Positions 36,330-48,058 of a stretch of 64,000 nucleotides of DNA are shown here, piece by piece. The stretch comes from an uncultured delta proteobacterium (lineage in GTDB: Bacteria > Myxococcota_A > UBA9160 > SMWR01): positions 32,001 through 96,000 of the forward strand of contig CAWHTE010000002.1 in NCBI GenBank assembly GCA_963832165.1, in the 5' to 3' direction. Each line of letters starts with the position of its first letter. Within the stretch, counting starts at the first letter, position 1. Below the pieces are notes generated by a model. That model was not told the origin of the DNA, searched no databases, and worked only from the letters and a program-made list of their open reading frames with translations. Position numbers and translations under genes: made by a program.

Positions 36330-37468
36330 TCAGGGCATCGGGCCGACGGTGGCCGTCGCGGCCACGAAGTGGTGGTCGCTGACCCGACCCAGGGTGCTGC
36401 GGTCCTCGACGTAGCCGCTGAAGCTGACGTTGCCCCAGCCCAGCACCCAGTCGACTGCCAGCGCGCCGGCCGGGTGACAGCCGCCGGAGATGCTGCCGCC
36501 GATCGCGGCGACCATGCCGGTGCTGGGGGCGACCCGGCAGAAGAACTCGGCACGGTCGTTCATGTCGCCGGTCAGGAAGATCGGGATGCCCTCGGCCTTC
36601 AGGCGGTTGATCGTGGTCACGGCGATGTAGTGCCCAGCGCGGCGGGTGACGGCGTACCCGCCCTCGCCGGCAGACGCGTGCATGTTGAGCACGTAGAACT
36701 CGCGGCCGGTGGCCTGGTCGCGCAGGCGGAGGATCGTCTGCGGCCGGTTGGCGTGCATGAAGTGGATCGTGAAGTAGCTGCCGGACACGAACTCGAACTT
36801 CGAGTCGTCGTAGAGGATCGAGTTGTCGGTCTCGCGGGAGCCGAACGCGTAGCCGGGGTAGGCGGCGTAGCCGGTCATCGCCGTGATGCCGTTGAGCTGG
36901 TCGGCCTGGAGCTCCTGGGTCCCGAGGATGTCGACGCCGAAGGACCGAATGCGGGCGACGGCGCCGACGTTGCGCGCGCCGGCGGCGGGGTACCTCGCGT
37001 GGTCACCGCCCGGCGCGGAGTGCTGGCTGCCGAGGACGTTGAAGGAGCCGATCTGGAAGGTCATCGTCTGGCGCGCGGCCTCGCGCTCGGCGGCCCGGCG
37101 GAGGGCGGCGTCGATCTGGGCCTGGGTCTTGTGGGCGATGAGCCGACCCGGGACGACCTTCGCCGGCTTCGGCTCGGCTGCCTTCGCCGTGCCCCGGTGG
37201 ACTCGCCGCGGGAGGCTGACGCTCCGCGAGACGATGGCTGCCTGGCCGCGCAGCGACGCGCTGCTTCTTCGCGACGGGCTCCAGCAGCGGCTGTTGGGCG
37301 AGGCTGAGCGACGCATCGGTCGGTCGCCTGGGCGTCGCGGTGCGCTGAGCCCGACGGTCACCACGACAGCCGTGGTGACGCACACGAGGAGGACCGTGAT
37401 CAGGGGGACGACGTCCTCAACGGGCTTCCACCACGGCGGCGTCGGTGTTCCGTGTGCCGCCCGGACAT
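36330..37468 (-). CDS. Membrane-anchored endonuclease/exonuclease/phosphatase (EEP) family protein (5' frameshift)
   Basis: SFNVLG, GTQE, LTGDMND, VDWVLG, SDHH; TAGACT just before ATG 37468. Confidence 0.8.
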
Positions 37469-37548
37469 GGCGGGAGTCTATCGGCGCCGCGCCGCGGCGA
37501 CGATTCAACGCTGAGATTGGCCTCCCTTTACCCTGAGTCGTGCCGACC

Positions 37549-39700
37549 ATGCCCCGGACGCGCCTTCCGCGCCCGACCGGCACCCCCAGGGCGCCACTTC
37601 CGGCCCGACATCCAGGGTCTCCGTGCGCTCGCGGTCCTGCTGGTCATCGTGGCCCACTCGGGCTTCGGCACGGTCTCGGGTGGCTTCATCGGCGTCGACG
37701 TCTTCTTCGTCATCTCCGGCTTCCTGATCACCTCGCTGCTCATGCGCGAGGCCGCTACGACCGGCCGGATCTCGCTGCTGGGCTTCTACGCCCGCCGCGC
37801 GCGGCGCATCCTGCCGGCCGCGGCCGTGGTGGCCGTGGCGACCGTCGTCGGCGCCATCCTCTTCCTCCCGCTGGTCCGGGCCGTCGAGGTCATCAAGGAC
37901 TCCATCTGGGCGGCCGCGTTCGGCGGCCAACATCCGCTTCGCGTCGGTCGGCACCGACTACTTCGCCCAGGGCGAGCCGGCCTCGCCGCTGCAGCACTAC
38001 TGGTCGCTGTCGGTGGAGGAGCAGTTCTACCTGGTCTGGCCGCTGCTCCTGGTCGGCTGGATCGCCTGGGCCGCGCGCCGCAAGGGCGGCCTGGGCAGCC
38101 TGACCGCGCCGCTCCTGCTCGTCGGCGTGCTGAGCCTGATCTCGTTCGGCGTGGTCGCTGTAGGCGACATACGAGTCCCCGACCACGGCGTACTTCTCCA
38201 CGCTGACCCGCGCGTGGGAGCTCGGCGTCGGCAGCGCCCTCGGCATCTGTGATGTCGCGCGGTGCGGGCGCGAAGGTGCGCGCGCCGCGCTGGCTCGTCG
38301 AGGCGCTGGGCGCCGCCGGCCTGCTGGCGATCCTGCTCGCCTGCGTCGGCTACAGCCCGTCGACACCGTTCCCGGGGTACCAGGCGTTGCTGCCCGGTGC
38401 TCGGCACGGCCGCGCTCCTGTACGTCGGCGGGGCCCCACCTGTCGATCAGCGGGTGGGTGCCGTCTCGCGGCTGCTGTCGGTGCCGCCGGCGCGCGTGGT
38501 CGGCGACTGGTCCTACTCGCTGTACCTGTGGCACTGGCCGATCCTGCGGATCGCCGAGGACAACCTCGGCGTGGGCCGGCTCCCGCTCGGCCGGCTGGTG
38601 CTGGCGCTGGTGCTGATCTTCGGGCTCAGCGCGCTGACCTACCGCTACGTCGAGGAGCCGTTCCGCCGCGGCCGGCTGTGGGCGCGGCCGCGGATCGGCG
38701 TGGCGCTCTACCCGCTCAGCCTGGCGATGGTGCTGGTCGTCGCCGTCGGCGGGCGGGCCTGGATCGACCGCGAGCTCGGCATCTCCGGTGACAACCCCGC
38801 CATCACCACCGCCGACTTCCAGGGCGAGAAGCTCAGCAAGGACCCCCACGTCGCGCTGGTGCAGGCCTCGACGCTCGCGGCGGAGGAGGGCCAGCCGGTC
38901 CCGAGCGACCTCGTCGCCCGGGCTGCTCGGGCTGCGCAAGGACACCGCCCCGCTCGGCGACTGCGACTACCGCACGGCACCCGCCAGCTGTGCCCGAACG
39001 GCGACGTCGACTCCGACCGGGTGATGGTGCTGGTCGGCGACTCCCACGCGCGGGCCTGGTCGCCGGCGTTCACCGAGCTCGGTCGAGCAGCACGGCTTCC
39101 GCACCTACTACTTCGTCTTCAGCGGCTGCTCGGCCACCCGGGCGGTCCAGGCCGAGCCGCAGAACCTGCGCCCGTGGACGGAGTGCGAGGACTTCAAGGA
39201 CTGGGTGGTCGACACCGTCGCCGACCTGCGAGCCGGACGTCGTGGTCGTCGCGACCAGTGCGGTGTCGCCGATCGTCGGGCCCGACGGGGACCCGGTGGG
39301 CGTCCTCAACGAGCGCGAGGAGTTCCGGTCCTGGTGCGCGACGGCTTCGCCGAGGAGCTCGCGCAGCTCAAGCCGCTGACCGACCAGCTGTTCGTGCTCG
39401 GCAACACCCCCAAGCTGCCTCGCGAGCCCGGCGTGTGCATGTCGCAGGGCGGCGACGTGACCCTGCAGGACTGCCTGTTCAAGCGCGGCCCGGTGATGCA
39501 CTCGATCCAGATGGACTTCAAGGCCGCCGCCCGCGACCAGGGCGTCGCGTTCGTCAACGCCTCGCCGTGGTTCTGCTACCGGCTGATGTGCCCGCCGGTG
39601 ATCGGCAGCACGATCGCGATGCGCGACTCCGAGCACATGACGCCCGAGTACGCCGTGGAGCTCGCCGAGCCCTTGCCCGCGAGCTCGGCGTGGCACGGGC
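37549..39700 (+). CDS. Acyltransferase-3 plus SGNH domain protein (OatA/OafA-like; many frameshifts, end approximate)
   Basis: FRPDIQGLRALAV, GGFIGVDVFFVISGFLIT, HYWSLSVEEQFY, SYSLYLWHWP, VGDSHA, RDSEHMT. Confidence 0.8.
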
Positions 39701-39881
39701 TGACCGGACCGATCACGGCACGCGGCGTCGTACCGAACGGGTCGCCCCAGGCGGGGGACCACGCACCCCAGGAAATTATCAGGGTTGTAGTTCATCCAGA
39801 AGCGTTGCGTGTGACTGGTGTGACTGGTGGGATTAGCGCACTCGGCCCCCGAAATCGCCTGCCAGACAGGAAGATTTCCTC

Positions 39882-41297
39882 GTGCTCCACCGTGTCTCTT
39901 CCCCTCTCCGCCAGGCTCCAGCGCGCCGGCTCGCCGCCGGTCTGCTCCTGCTGACGACGGCCCTGGTGGGCTCGACCGCTCGCCGTGCCGACGCCGGCGT
40001 CGGCGCGCGAGGACCTGCGCGTGCGGCGACGGCCGCGCCGCTGCCGCCCGCCGCCCCGGGCGTCATCCGGATCACGCAGGCCAACCTGCTGTCCGGCCAG
40101 CCCGCCCTCGACTTCCAGGCCGACGCCGCGACGGTGCTCGCCAACCAGCCCGACTTCATCACCTACAACGAGGTGCCCTGGCGCCACGACATCTTCCTGG
40201 CCCCGCCCGGCTACGCGCTGTGGCGCACTCCTGGTGAGTACACCGGCGCCACGCCGGTCGCCTGGCGCACCGACCGGTGGACCGCCATCAACCAGGGCAC
40301 CACAAGGTCTGCTACAAGGAGGGCAGGCTGCCCGGCCAGAAGGTGGACTGGGGCATCCGCTACGCCAACTGGGTGGTCCTGCAGGGCATCGACGGCCACG
40401 TCGTCTCGGTGATCTCCGCCCACCTGCCGCCCGAGACCGAGATCACCATGGGCCTCCAGGAGGACGGGCTCAACAGCATCGGCGCGCTCGCCAACCAGCT
40501 CGCGGCCTACGGCCCGGTGCTGATGGCCGGCGACATGAACTTCCACTACGGGCCGCTGCAGTACCCGCGCGACGCTGCTGGCGTCGTACGGCTTCACCTC
40601 GACCTACGACGTCCTCGGCAGCCACTTCCCGACCGGCGACCACCGCGGCGCGACGATCGACTACATCTTCCTCAAGGACGCCACCCAGTTCACCGTGCAC
40701 GCGCCAGTACAACCAGGAGCTCTACTCCGACCACGACGCCATCACCGCCGACCTGAGCTTCACCGACGCGCCGGGCGCGGTGCCGGTCAGCTTCACGCCG
40801 GGCACCTTCACCAACGCGCCCGACCGGCGACCCGGGCCGGCCGCCGGTCCGTCCTCGACCTGATGGTCAAGGCGGTCGACAACACGCCGGCCGGCGCGGC
40901 CATCCACCTGACGACCGCCAAGCTCGGCGACAAGCCGCTCTACCGCGCGCTGAAGGCCGCCATCGAGCGCAAGGTGCACGTCCAGTTCGTCACCCGGCGC
41001 AACCACCCCACCACGCAGGAGCAGCAACCTGATGAGCCTGCTCGGCAACAAGGTCTGGAAGAAGAGCTGGGCCGTCGGCTGCGAGGAGGAGTGCCGCGCG
41101 ATCGAGTGCCGCGGCAACCTGCCGCAGACCCGCCTGCTGATCAGCCAGTCCGGCGTCACCAGCGCCCTGCGCATCGACGCGGACGTGCCGATGGTGTACT
41201 CCCCGGCAAGGCGCTGACGACGGCGCGGGTGTGGACGAGCCAGGCGACGTACGACGGCGCGTTCAAGCGGTTCTTCCGGCTGGTGGGGCGCGGTTGA
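39882..41297 (+). CDS. Secreted EEP-family protein with C-terminal degenerate PLD-like half domain (frameshifted)
   Basis: ITQANL, TYNEV, AGDMN, IDYIF, SDHDA; C-terminus aligns by eye with the N-half of the PLD at 32085. Confidence 0.65.
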
Positions 41298-41352
41298 CGG
41301 TGTGGCCTGGGTCATAGCCGCTGCTCGTGCCGCGTGGATAGCCTCCGGCCTC

Positions 41353-42552
41353 ATGGCACGCCTCTGCGAGACCGACGGCCTCACCGACGACCAGATCGAG
41401 ATCCTCAAGGCGGTCCGGCAGTTCGTCGAGAAGGAGATCCTGCCGGTCGCGACCGAGCTCGAGCACGCGGACGAGTACCCGACCGCGATCGTCGAGGGGC
41501 TCAAGGAGCTCGGCCTCTTCGGGCTGATGATCCCCGAGGAGTACGGCGGCCTGGGCGAGTCGCTGCTGACCTACGCGCTGGCGGTCGAGGAGATCGCCCG
41601 CGGCTGGATGAGCGTCAGCGGCATCATCAACACCCACTTCATCGTCGCCTACATGCTGCTGCAGCACGGCACCGAGGAGCAGAAGCAGAAGTACCTGCCG
41701 CGGATGGCGGCCGGCGAGGTGCGCGGCGCGTTCTCGATGTCCGAGCCCGGGTGCGGCTCCGACGTCGCGGCGATCAAGACCAAGGCCGTCGACATGACGG
41801 CGGACGACGGGCTACTCGATCACCGGCCAGAAGATGTGGCTGACCAACGGTGGCTCGGCCAACCTGGTCGCCGTCCTGGTCAAGACCGACGAGGGCGCCG
41901 ACTCGGTCTACAGGAACATGACGACCTTCCTGCGTGGAGAAGGAGGAGGGCTTCGGCGAGACCGCGCAGGGCGTCACCATCCCGGGCAAGATCGAGAAGA
42001 TGGGCTACAAGGGCGTCGACACCACCGAGATGGTGCTCGAGGGCCACCGGATCTCGGCCGAGCAGATCCTGGGCGGCGAGCCGGGCAAGGGCTTCTACCA
42101 GATGATGGACGGCGTCGAGGTGGGCCGCGTCAACGTCGCCGCCCGCGGCTGCGGCGTCGCCAACCGCGCCTTCGAGCTCGGCGTCGACCTACGCCCAGCA
42201 GCGCGAGACGTTCGGCAAGAAGATCGCCGAGCACCAGGCGGTGCTGTTCCGGCTGGCCGAGATGGCCACCAAGGTCGAGGCGGCCCACCAGATGATGGTG
42301 CGGGCGGCGCGCAAGAAGGACGCCGGCGAGCGCAACGACCTCGAGGCCGGGATGGCGAAGTACCTGGCGTCGGAGTACTGCTCGCAGGTCGTCGAGGACT
42401 CCTTCCGCATCCACGGCGGCTACGGCTTCTCCAAGGAGTACGAGATCGAGCGGCTCTACCGCGAGGCGCCGATGCTGCTGATCGGCGAGGGCACGGCCGA
42501 CATCCAGCGGATGATCATCGGCCGCCGGCTGCTGGAGGACTACAAGATCTGA
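41353..42552 (+). CDS. Acyl-CoA dehydrogenase (frameshifted)
   Basis: FSMSEPGCGSD, KMWLTNG, KMGYKG, IHGGYGFSKEYEIERLYR..IGEGT. Confidence 0.9.
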
Positions 42553-43078
42553 GCGCGGTCTCGACCTCGGAGATCACCCAGGTGACCTCCTCGTCGGCGA
42601 CCAGCTTGTCCTTGTCGACGTAGACGCTGTCCGGGTGCAGTCCTGGCCGGCCGGCCACACGACGTCGACCTGCGCGGCCTTCGGGTCGTTGCCCTGGTCG
42701 ATGATGTCCTGGATGGTCACCCGTGCGTACTCGTCGGCGACCGCGTCTCCGGCCGGCGTGCCCGTCGCCGTCCGTCGCCCACGTCACGCCGCTGACCGTC
42801 GCCGCCCGCGACGGTGATCCGGTACTTCTGGTCGATGTTGGCGCAGTAGCACCGCATCTCGAGCGTGTAGGTGTAGTCGGCGTACGGGAAGTCCGGCAGG
42901 CTGCCCGGCTCGGGCTGCGACGGTGGGGCCGGTCGGGGTCGGGCTCGGCCGTCGCGGTGGTGGTGGTCGGCGTGGTGTCCGTGGCGCGATCGTCGCCGTC
43001 GTCGCCGCCGCAGGCGGCCAGCGAGGCGAGGGACACGGCGAGCGCGAGGGCACCGAGGGCGTGGCGTCGCGAGGTCAT
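42515..43078 (-). CDS. Lipoprotein, DUF6174-like (frameshifted)
   Basis: Lipobox SLAAC; DYTYTLEMRCYC; DEEVTW. Confidence 0.55.
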   Translation of the reverse strand: MTSRRHALGALALAVSLASLAACGGDDGDDRATDTTPTTTTATAEPDPDRPHRRSPSRAACRTSRTPTTPTRSRCGATAPTSTRSTGSPSRAATVSGVTWATDGDGHAGRRRGRRRVRTGDHPGHHRPGQRPEGRAGRRRVAGRPGLHPDSVYVDKDKLVADEEVTWVISEVETALRSCSPPAAGGR

Positions 43079-43211
43079 GGCCGTTCGACGGTACGGCGTC
43101 CCGGCGGTCCGTCGGTTCGGGCCGGCGAATCCGCGTCGACGCGGGCTTGGCGGTCATGACATGGTGGAAGGGCGTCACCCGCACCGCCCACGCACCGAGC
43201 CAGGAGGAACG

Positions 43212-43425
43212 ATGCCCGCGTCGCCGACGAGTCAGGTCCAGCGAGTCAGGGGCCAACGAGGACCTCAAGGCGAAGATGCGGGAGGCCCTGGACCGCAAGA
43301 AGCAGGGCGGCGCGAAGGGCTCCCGGCGACAACCCGCTGCAAGGAGAAGGCGCACGGCTCCGAGGTCGCCGGCGGCGCGGCGCCCAAGATGCACCGCCGC
43401 AAGGCCGGCGGCGGGGGCTCCGTGA
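43212..43425 (+). CDS. DUF5302-like small protein (frameshifted)
   Basis: DLKAKMREALDRKK..KAHG..MHRRKAGG; AGGAGG SD. Confidence 0.6.
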
Positions 43426-43501
43426 CGTCTGCGTCGAGGCCTAGCCTCGGGTGAGGTATCCCACGTTCCCAGGCGCGGGCCGTCAACGGCACGATGGGCG
43501 C

Positions 43502-44037
43502 ATGCAGTTCGGCCGCAGCTACGAGGAGTTCGAGGTCGGGGCGACGTACCGGCACTGGCCCGGCAAGACGGTCACCGAGTACGACGACCACCTGTTCTGC
43601 CTGCTCACGATGAACCACCACCCGCTGCACCTCGACAGCAACTACGCCGAGGAGACCACGCAGTTCGGCAAGAACGTCGTGGTCGGCAACTACGTCTACT
43701 CGCTGCTGCTCGGCATGAGCGTCCCCGACGTCTCCGGCAAGGCGATCGCCAACCTCGAGGTCGAGTCGCTGCGGCACGTCGCGCCGACCTTCCACGGGGA
43801 CACGCTCTACGGCGAGACGCCGGTGCTCGACAAGTGGGAGTCGAAGTCCAAGGACGACCGCGGCGTCGTCCACGTCGAGACGATCGGCTACAACCAGGAC
43901 GGCACGGTCGTGTGCATCTTCCGCCGCAAGGTGATGGTGCCCAAGCAGAGCTACCTCGACGCCCGCGGCGGCGAGCAGCCGGGCCGCCCGACGCCCGGCG
44001 CCGGACAAGAACTGGCCGGGGCCCGCAGGACTCCTAG
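43502..44037 (+). CDS. MaoC-family dehydratase
   Basis: GRSYEEFEVG..HWPGKTVTEYD..TMNHHPLH..PTFHGDTL. Confidence 0.88.
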
Positions 44038-44887
44038 ATGTCGTACGCCGTGCGGACAGCGGCCATGTCGTGGTCGCCGTGGCCCGCGTCGGCCGCACGC
44101 TCGTACAGCCCGAGACGGCCAGCAGCAGGTCGTCGCGCAAGCCCGTCTCCTGGGCGGCCGTCACCATCAGGCCGACGTCCTTGATGACGCCGTCGACCGA
44201 GAACGCTGTGGGCGTGTAGGTCCCCGCCATCATCGCGGCGCCCTTCACGTGCGCGTAGGGCGTATCGACCGGGCCGCCGCCGATCGCCTCGAGGAACAGC
44301 CGCGGGTCGAGACCGAGGGCGCTGGCCAGACCCGTCGCCTGGCCGACGGCCGCACACATGGTGGCTACCCAGGAGTTGCACACGATCTTCAGCGCGCTCG
44401 CCTGCCCGAGGTCGTCGCCGACGACCAGCGTCCGCGAGCCGATCGCGTCCACCGCCCAGCCCACCCGTGCCCGCGCGGTGTCCGGGCCCGAGAGCAGGAC
44501 GAGCAGGGTGCCGTCCTCGGCCGGCTTGCGGGTGCCGAGGACGGGGGCGTCGAGGAGCCGGCCGGCGGCCGCGGGCACGGCAGCGCGATCCGGGCCATGC
44601 CGTCGGGCCCGACCGTGCTGGACTGCAGCCAGGCGGCGTCGTCGCCGAGCGCGGCGACCAGGTCGTCGGCGACTCCAGCACGCTGTCGGCGTCGAAGAGC
44701 GCGGTGATGACAGCGTCGGCGCCGTCGACGGCCTCGCGGACGCCGCCGTACGCCGTGATGGATCGCTCGCGACCGCATCGGCCCGCTCCGGGGTGCGGTT
44801 CCAGACCGCGACCTCGTGGCCCTCGCGGGCGAGCGATCGGGCCATCGCGGCCCCCATGATCCCGGTCCCCAGCACGGCTGCACGCAT
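44034..44887 (-). CDS. NAD(P)-dependent oxidoreductase, 3-hydroxyisobutyrate dehydrogenase family (frameshifted)
   Basis: VLGTGIMG, WNRT, LDAPVLG, LKIVCN. Confidence 0.85.
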
Positions 44888-44896
44888 GCGGCCATC

Positions 44897-46053
44897 CTCT
44901 CGACGCGGCGCGAACGCCTTCGCCAGCGGCAGGATGCCCAGCACCAGCACCATCGGAACCGCGAAGCCGATGCGCAGCGACCCGGCGCCGACCAGCCCGG
45001 TCATCACCGCACCGAGCAGGGCGCCCACGTAGTTGAACTGGTTGAACCGCGCGATCACGGCGTCCACCCGGGCCCGCCGCTCGGCGGGGTCCAGGGTGTC
45101 GCCGCCCGCGATCCGCGCGGCGGCCGAGAAGCTCAGCGGGGCGACGACCGCCACGCCCGCGCCGAGCACGAGGAAGCCGACCACGGCCACCGGCCAGGCC
45201 GGCGCGAACACGACGACCGCCAGGGCGCCGCTGGCCACCAGCGCGCCCGCGCGCAGGACGCGGACCGCGCCGTGGCGGCGTACGAGGTCGTCGCCCGCGA
45301 GCCGGACGAGCCCGCTCGCCAGCAGGTAGGGGAACGTGGCCAGCGCGACCAGGTCCGACGGCGCGTCGACCGCGTGGTCGAGGTAGGTCGGTCCCCACGT
45401 GAACGCGGCCGTGTCGACCATGTAGAAGAGCACGAGCGCCGCGCCGACCAGCAGGATCGGTCGCCACGGCACCTCGACACCGGGCACGTCGACGCGGGGC
45501 GCCGGCGCGCTCGTGGGGGAGGTACGGCGCGGCGAGCGGCCACGAGGGGCACGATCGCCACGAGGGCGGTCCAGCGCAGGTCGAGGTCCGCGGTGGCGAG
45601 GGTGAGCGCGGCGGCGAGCAGCCCGCCGACGGTCCAGGCGCCGTGGAACGACGGCAGGATCGGCCGCCCGTACGCGTGCTCGAGGGCGACCGCCTGCATG
45701 TTGATCACCGCGTCGATGACGCCGAGCGTCACGCCGTAGCCGACGACGGCCGCCGCGAACACCGCCGCGTTCGGAGCCAGCGTGGCCGCCGGGACGGCGA
45801 CCGCGGTGCCCAGCAGCGCGGCGCGGAGCGGCACGGCCGACCCGAGTCGCGGGGCCACCCGTTCGGCCACGAGCGTGCCGACGCCGGCCAGCAGGACCAG
45901 GCCGAGAAGCAGCAGCGACAGCTCGACTTCCGACAGCGACCAGCGGTCGGAGAACGCGGGCAGCCGGGTGGTCAGGCTGATGAAGACGAAGCCCTGGGTG
46001 AGGAACGCGCCGGCGACAGCGAGCCGGGTGCGGCGGAGAGACACGGGGCGCAT
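44897..46053 (-). CDS. MFS transporter (frameshifted; 3' end approximate)
   Basis: Many hydrophobic helices; NMQAVALEHAYGRPILPSFHGAW. Confidence 0.8.
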
Positions 46054-46081
46054 CGTGGCAGATCGGCTCTACGGTGACCCC

Positions 46082-46783
46082 GTGAACACGTGGGACCGGC
46101 GGATGGAGTGGCCGCTGACCATCGCGGCCGTCGTCTTCCTCGGCGCTTACGCGTGGCCGATCCTGGAGCCCGACCTGTCGTCGGGGCTGCAGACGACGTG
46201 CTCGGTGATCGGCTGGGCGGTGTGGGTGCTCTTCGCCGTGGACTACGTGGCGCGTGTCGCGGCGGCCGACGACCGGGTCTCCTGGATCGTGCGGCACCCG
46301 CTCGAGATCGTCGTCCTGGTGCTCCCGATGCTCCGGCCGCTGCGCGTGCTGCGGCTGGTCATGCTGCTGCGGGTGCTCAACCGGACGGCGGCGGGCAACC
46401 TCCGCGGACGGGTGGCCATCTACGTCACGGTCGGGGCGTGCCTGATCGCCTTCGTGGCCGCGCTCGCCGTCCTCGACGCCGAGCGCGACGCCGCCGGCGC
46501 CTCGATCACCACGTTCGGCGACGCCATCTGGTGGGCCTGCACGACGATGTCGACGGTCGGGTACGGCGACCTGTACCCGGTGACCACGTCCGGTCGCTTC
46601 ATCGCCGTCGGGCTGATGTTCGGTGGCATCGCCCTGCTGGGCACGGTCACCGCTACCTTCGCCTCCTGGCTCGTCGAGGCGGTCCGCGAGGAGGCGGACG
46701 AGACCGAGGACCAGCTCGACGTCGTCCTGGGCGAGCTGTCCGCCCTGCGCCAACGGCTCGACCGAGTGCTGGAGGAGAGATGA
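46082..46783 (+). CDS. Potassium channel protein
   Basis: S4-like LRPLRVLRLV; WWACTTMSTVGYGD filter. Confidence 0.9.
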   Translation: MNTWDRRMEWPLTIAAVVFLGAYAWPILEPDLSSGLQTTCSVIGWAVWVLFAVDYVARVAAADDRVSWIVRHPLEIVVLVLPMLRPLRVLRLVMLLRVLNRTAAGNLRGRVAIYVTVGACLIAFVAALAVLDAERDAAGASITTFGDAIWWACTTMSTVGYGDLYPVTTSGRFIAVGLMFGGIALLGTVTATFASWLVEAVREEADETEDQLDVVLGELSALRQRLDRVLEER

Positions 46784-47358
46784 CCGAGTTCCGCGAGACC
46801 GAGGTGTGGCTGGTCCGACACGGCGAGACCGAGTGGAGCAGGGACGGGCGGCACACGTCGTCGACGGACCTGCCGCTCACGCCCGTGGGCGAGGAGGTGG
46901 CCCGGTCGCTGCGACCGCGCCTGGACGACGTGACGTTCGACCTGGTGCTGACGAGCCCGATGCAGCGCGCCCGGGTCACGGCCGACCTCGTCGGGCGTCG
47001 GCGATGCGGAGGTCGACGCCGACCTGGTCGAGTGGGGGTACGGCGACTACGAGGGGCGCACCAGCGCGGAGATCCGCGAGGAGGTGCCCGGCTGGACCAT
47101 CTGGTCGCAGCCGGCGCCCGGCGGCGAGACGCCCGACCAGGTCGCCGAGCGGCTCGACCGGGTGGTCGACCGGCTGCGCGCGCCGATGGACCGGACCGGG
47201 CGCTGGTCTTCGGCCACGGTCACGCGCTGCGGGCACTGACGGCGCGATGGCTCGGGCTGCCGGTGACCGACGGACGGCTGTTCCGGCTCGACACCGCCAC
47301 GCTGTCGCGGCTCGGCTACGAGCGCGAGAACCCGGTGATCCTCGCCTGGAACTCCTGA
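46780..47358 (+). CDS. Histidine phosphatase family protein (frameshifted)
   Basis: LVRHGETEWS, SPMQRA, EWGYGDYEG, FGHGH. Confidence 0.85.
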   Translation: MTEFRETEVWLVRHGETEWSRDGRHTSSTDLPLTPVGEEVARSLRPRLDDVTFDLVLTSPMQRARVTADLVGRRRCGGRRRPGRVGVRRLRGAHQRGDPRGGARLDHLVAAGARRRDARPGRRAARPGGRPAARADGPDRALVFGHGHALRALTARWLGLPVTDGRLFRLDTATLSRLGYERENPVILAWNS

Positions 47359-47399
47359 GCGCGCTTGACGCGGACCGCCCGCGTCACGACGGTGGACCC

Positions 47400-48050
47400 A
47401 TGCCCCTGGTCGCGGGGTGCCCCCGTTGCCGCGCCACCGTGCAGGACGCCGAGCCCGGCGGCGTGCCGCGCTGCCCGGAGCACGGCGAGGTGGCGCGGAC
47501 GCTTGTGGCGGCCCGGCGACGCAGGCCGAGATCAGCTACGACGCGTTCGTCGACCACCTGGGCGAGGCCGACGGCTTCCCGACGTACCTGCCCTGGCCGA
47601 TGAGCCCCGGCTGGTCGGTCACCGACTTCGCCGTCGCCGACCGGTGACCGGCCCTGGGCCACCGCGACGTGCGTGTCGGGCACCAGCGAGCTCGACGGGC
47701 CGGTCGACGTGTTCGTGGTCGCGGAGGAGCCGGGCACCGGTCTCGGCGCGCGGTGCGCGGGCATCGACCGCAGCGACCCCGGCCGCGAGGTGGGCGACGG
47801 GCAGCCGACCGTGCGGGTCCGGATCGGCAGCCAGGCCGTGCCGCTGTGGGTGGTCTCCACCTCGTCCGCGGACGACCGGTTCGACCGGTCGGTGTTCGTG
47901 GGCGAGGCCGACGGCCGCTGGCTGTGGCTGGTGCTGCGGCCGGCCTCGGCGATGCTGCTGCTGCGCGACGACTGGATCCTGCGCGACGTGTCGAGCGTGG
48001 GTCCGCCGCTGGTGGAGATGCCGTTCGGGGGGCCGCGCCCCGTCTGGTGA
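47400..48050 (+). CDS. DUF6758-like protein (frameshifted)
   Basis: CPRC..CPEHG; LPWPMSPGW; VAEEPGTGLGARCAG; GEADGRWLW. Confidence 0.6.
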
Positions 48051-48058
48051 GCCAAGGT

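Noticed and set aside
39810..39829. Tandem TGACTGGTG x2 upstream of the EEP gene
   Set aside because: Only two copies; the 9-bp period does not match a motif I can assign
43265..46753. 1162-aa ORF and apparent MFS-oxidoreductase fusion
   Set aside because: Patchwork of antisense frames and indel-joined genes
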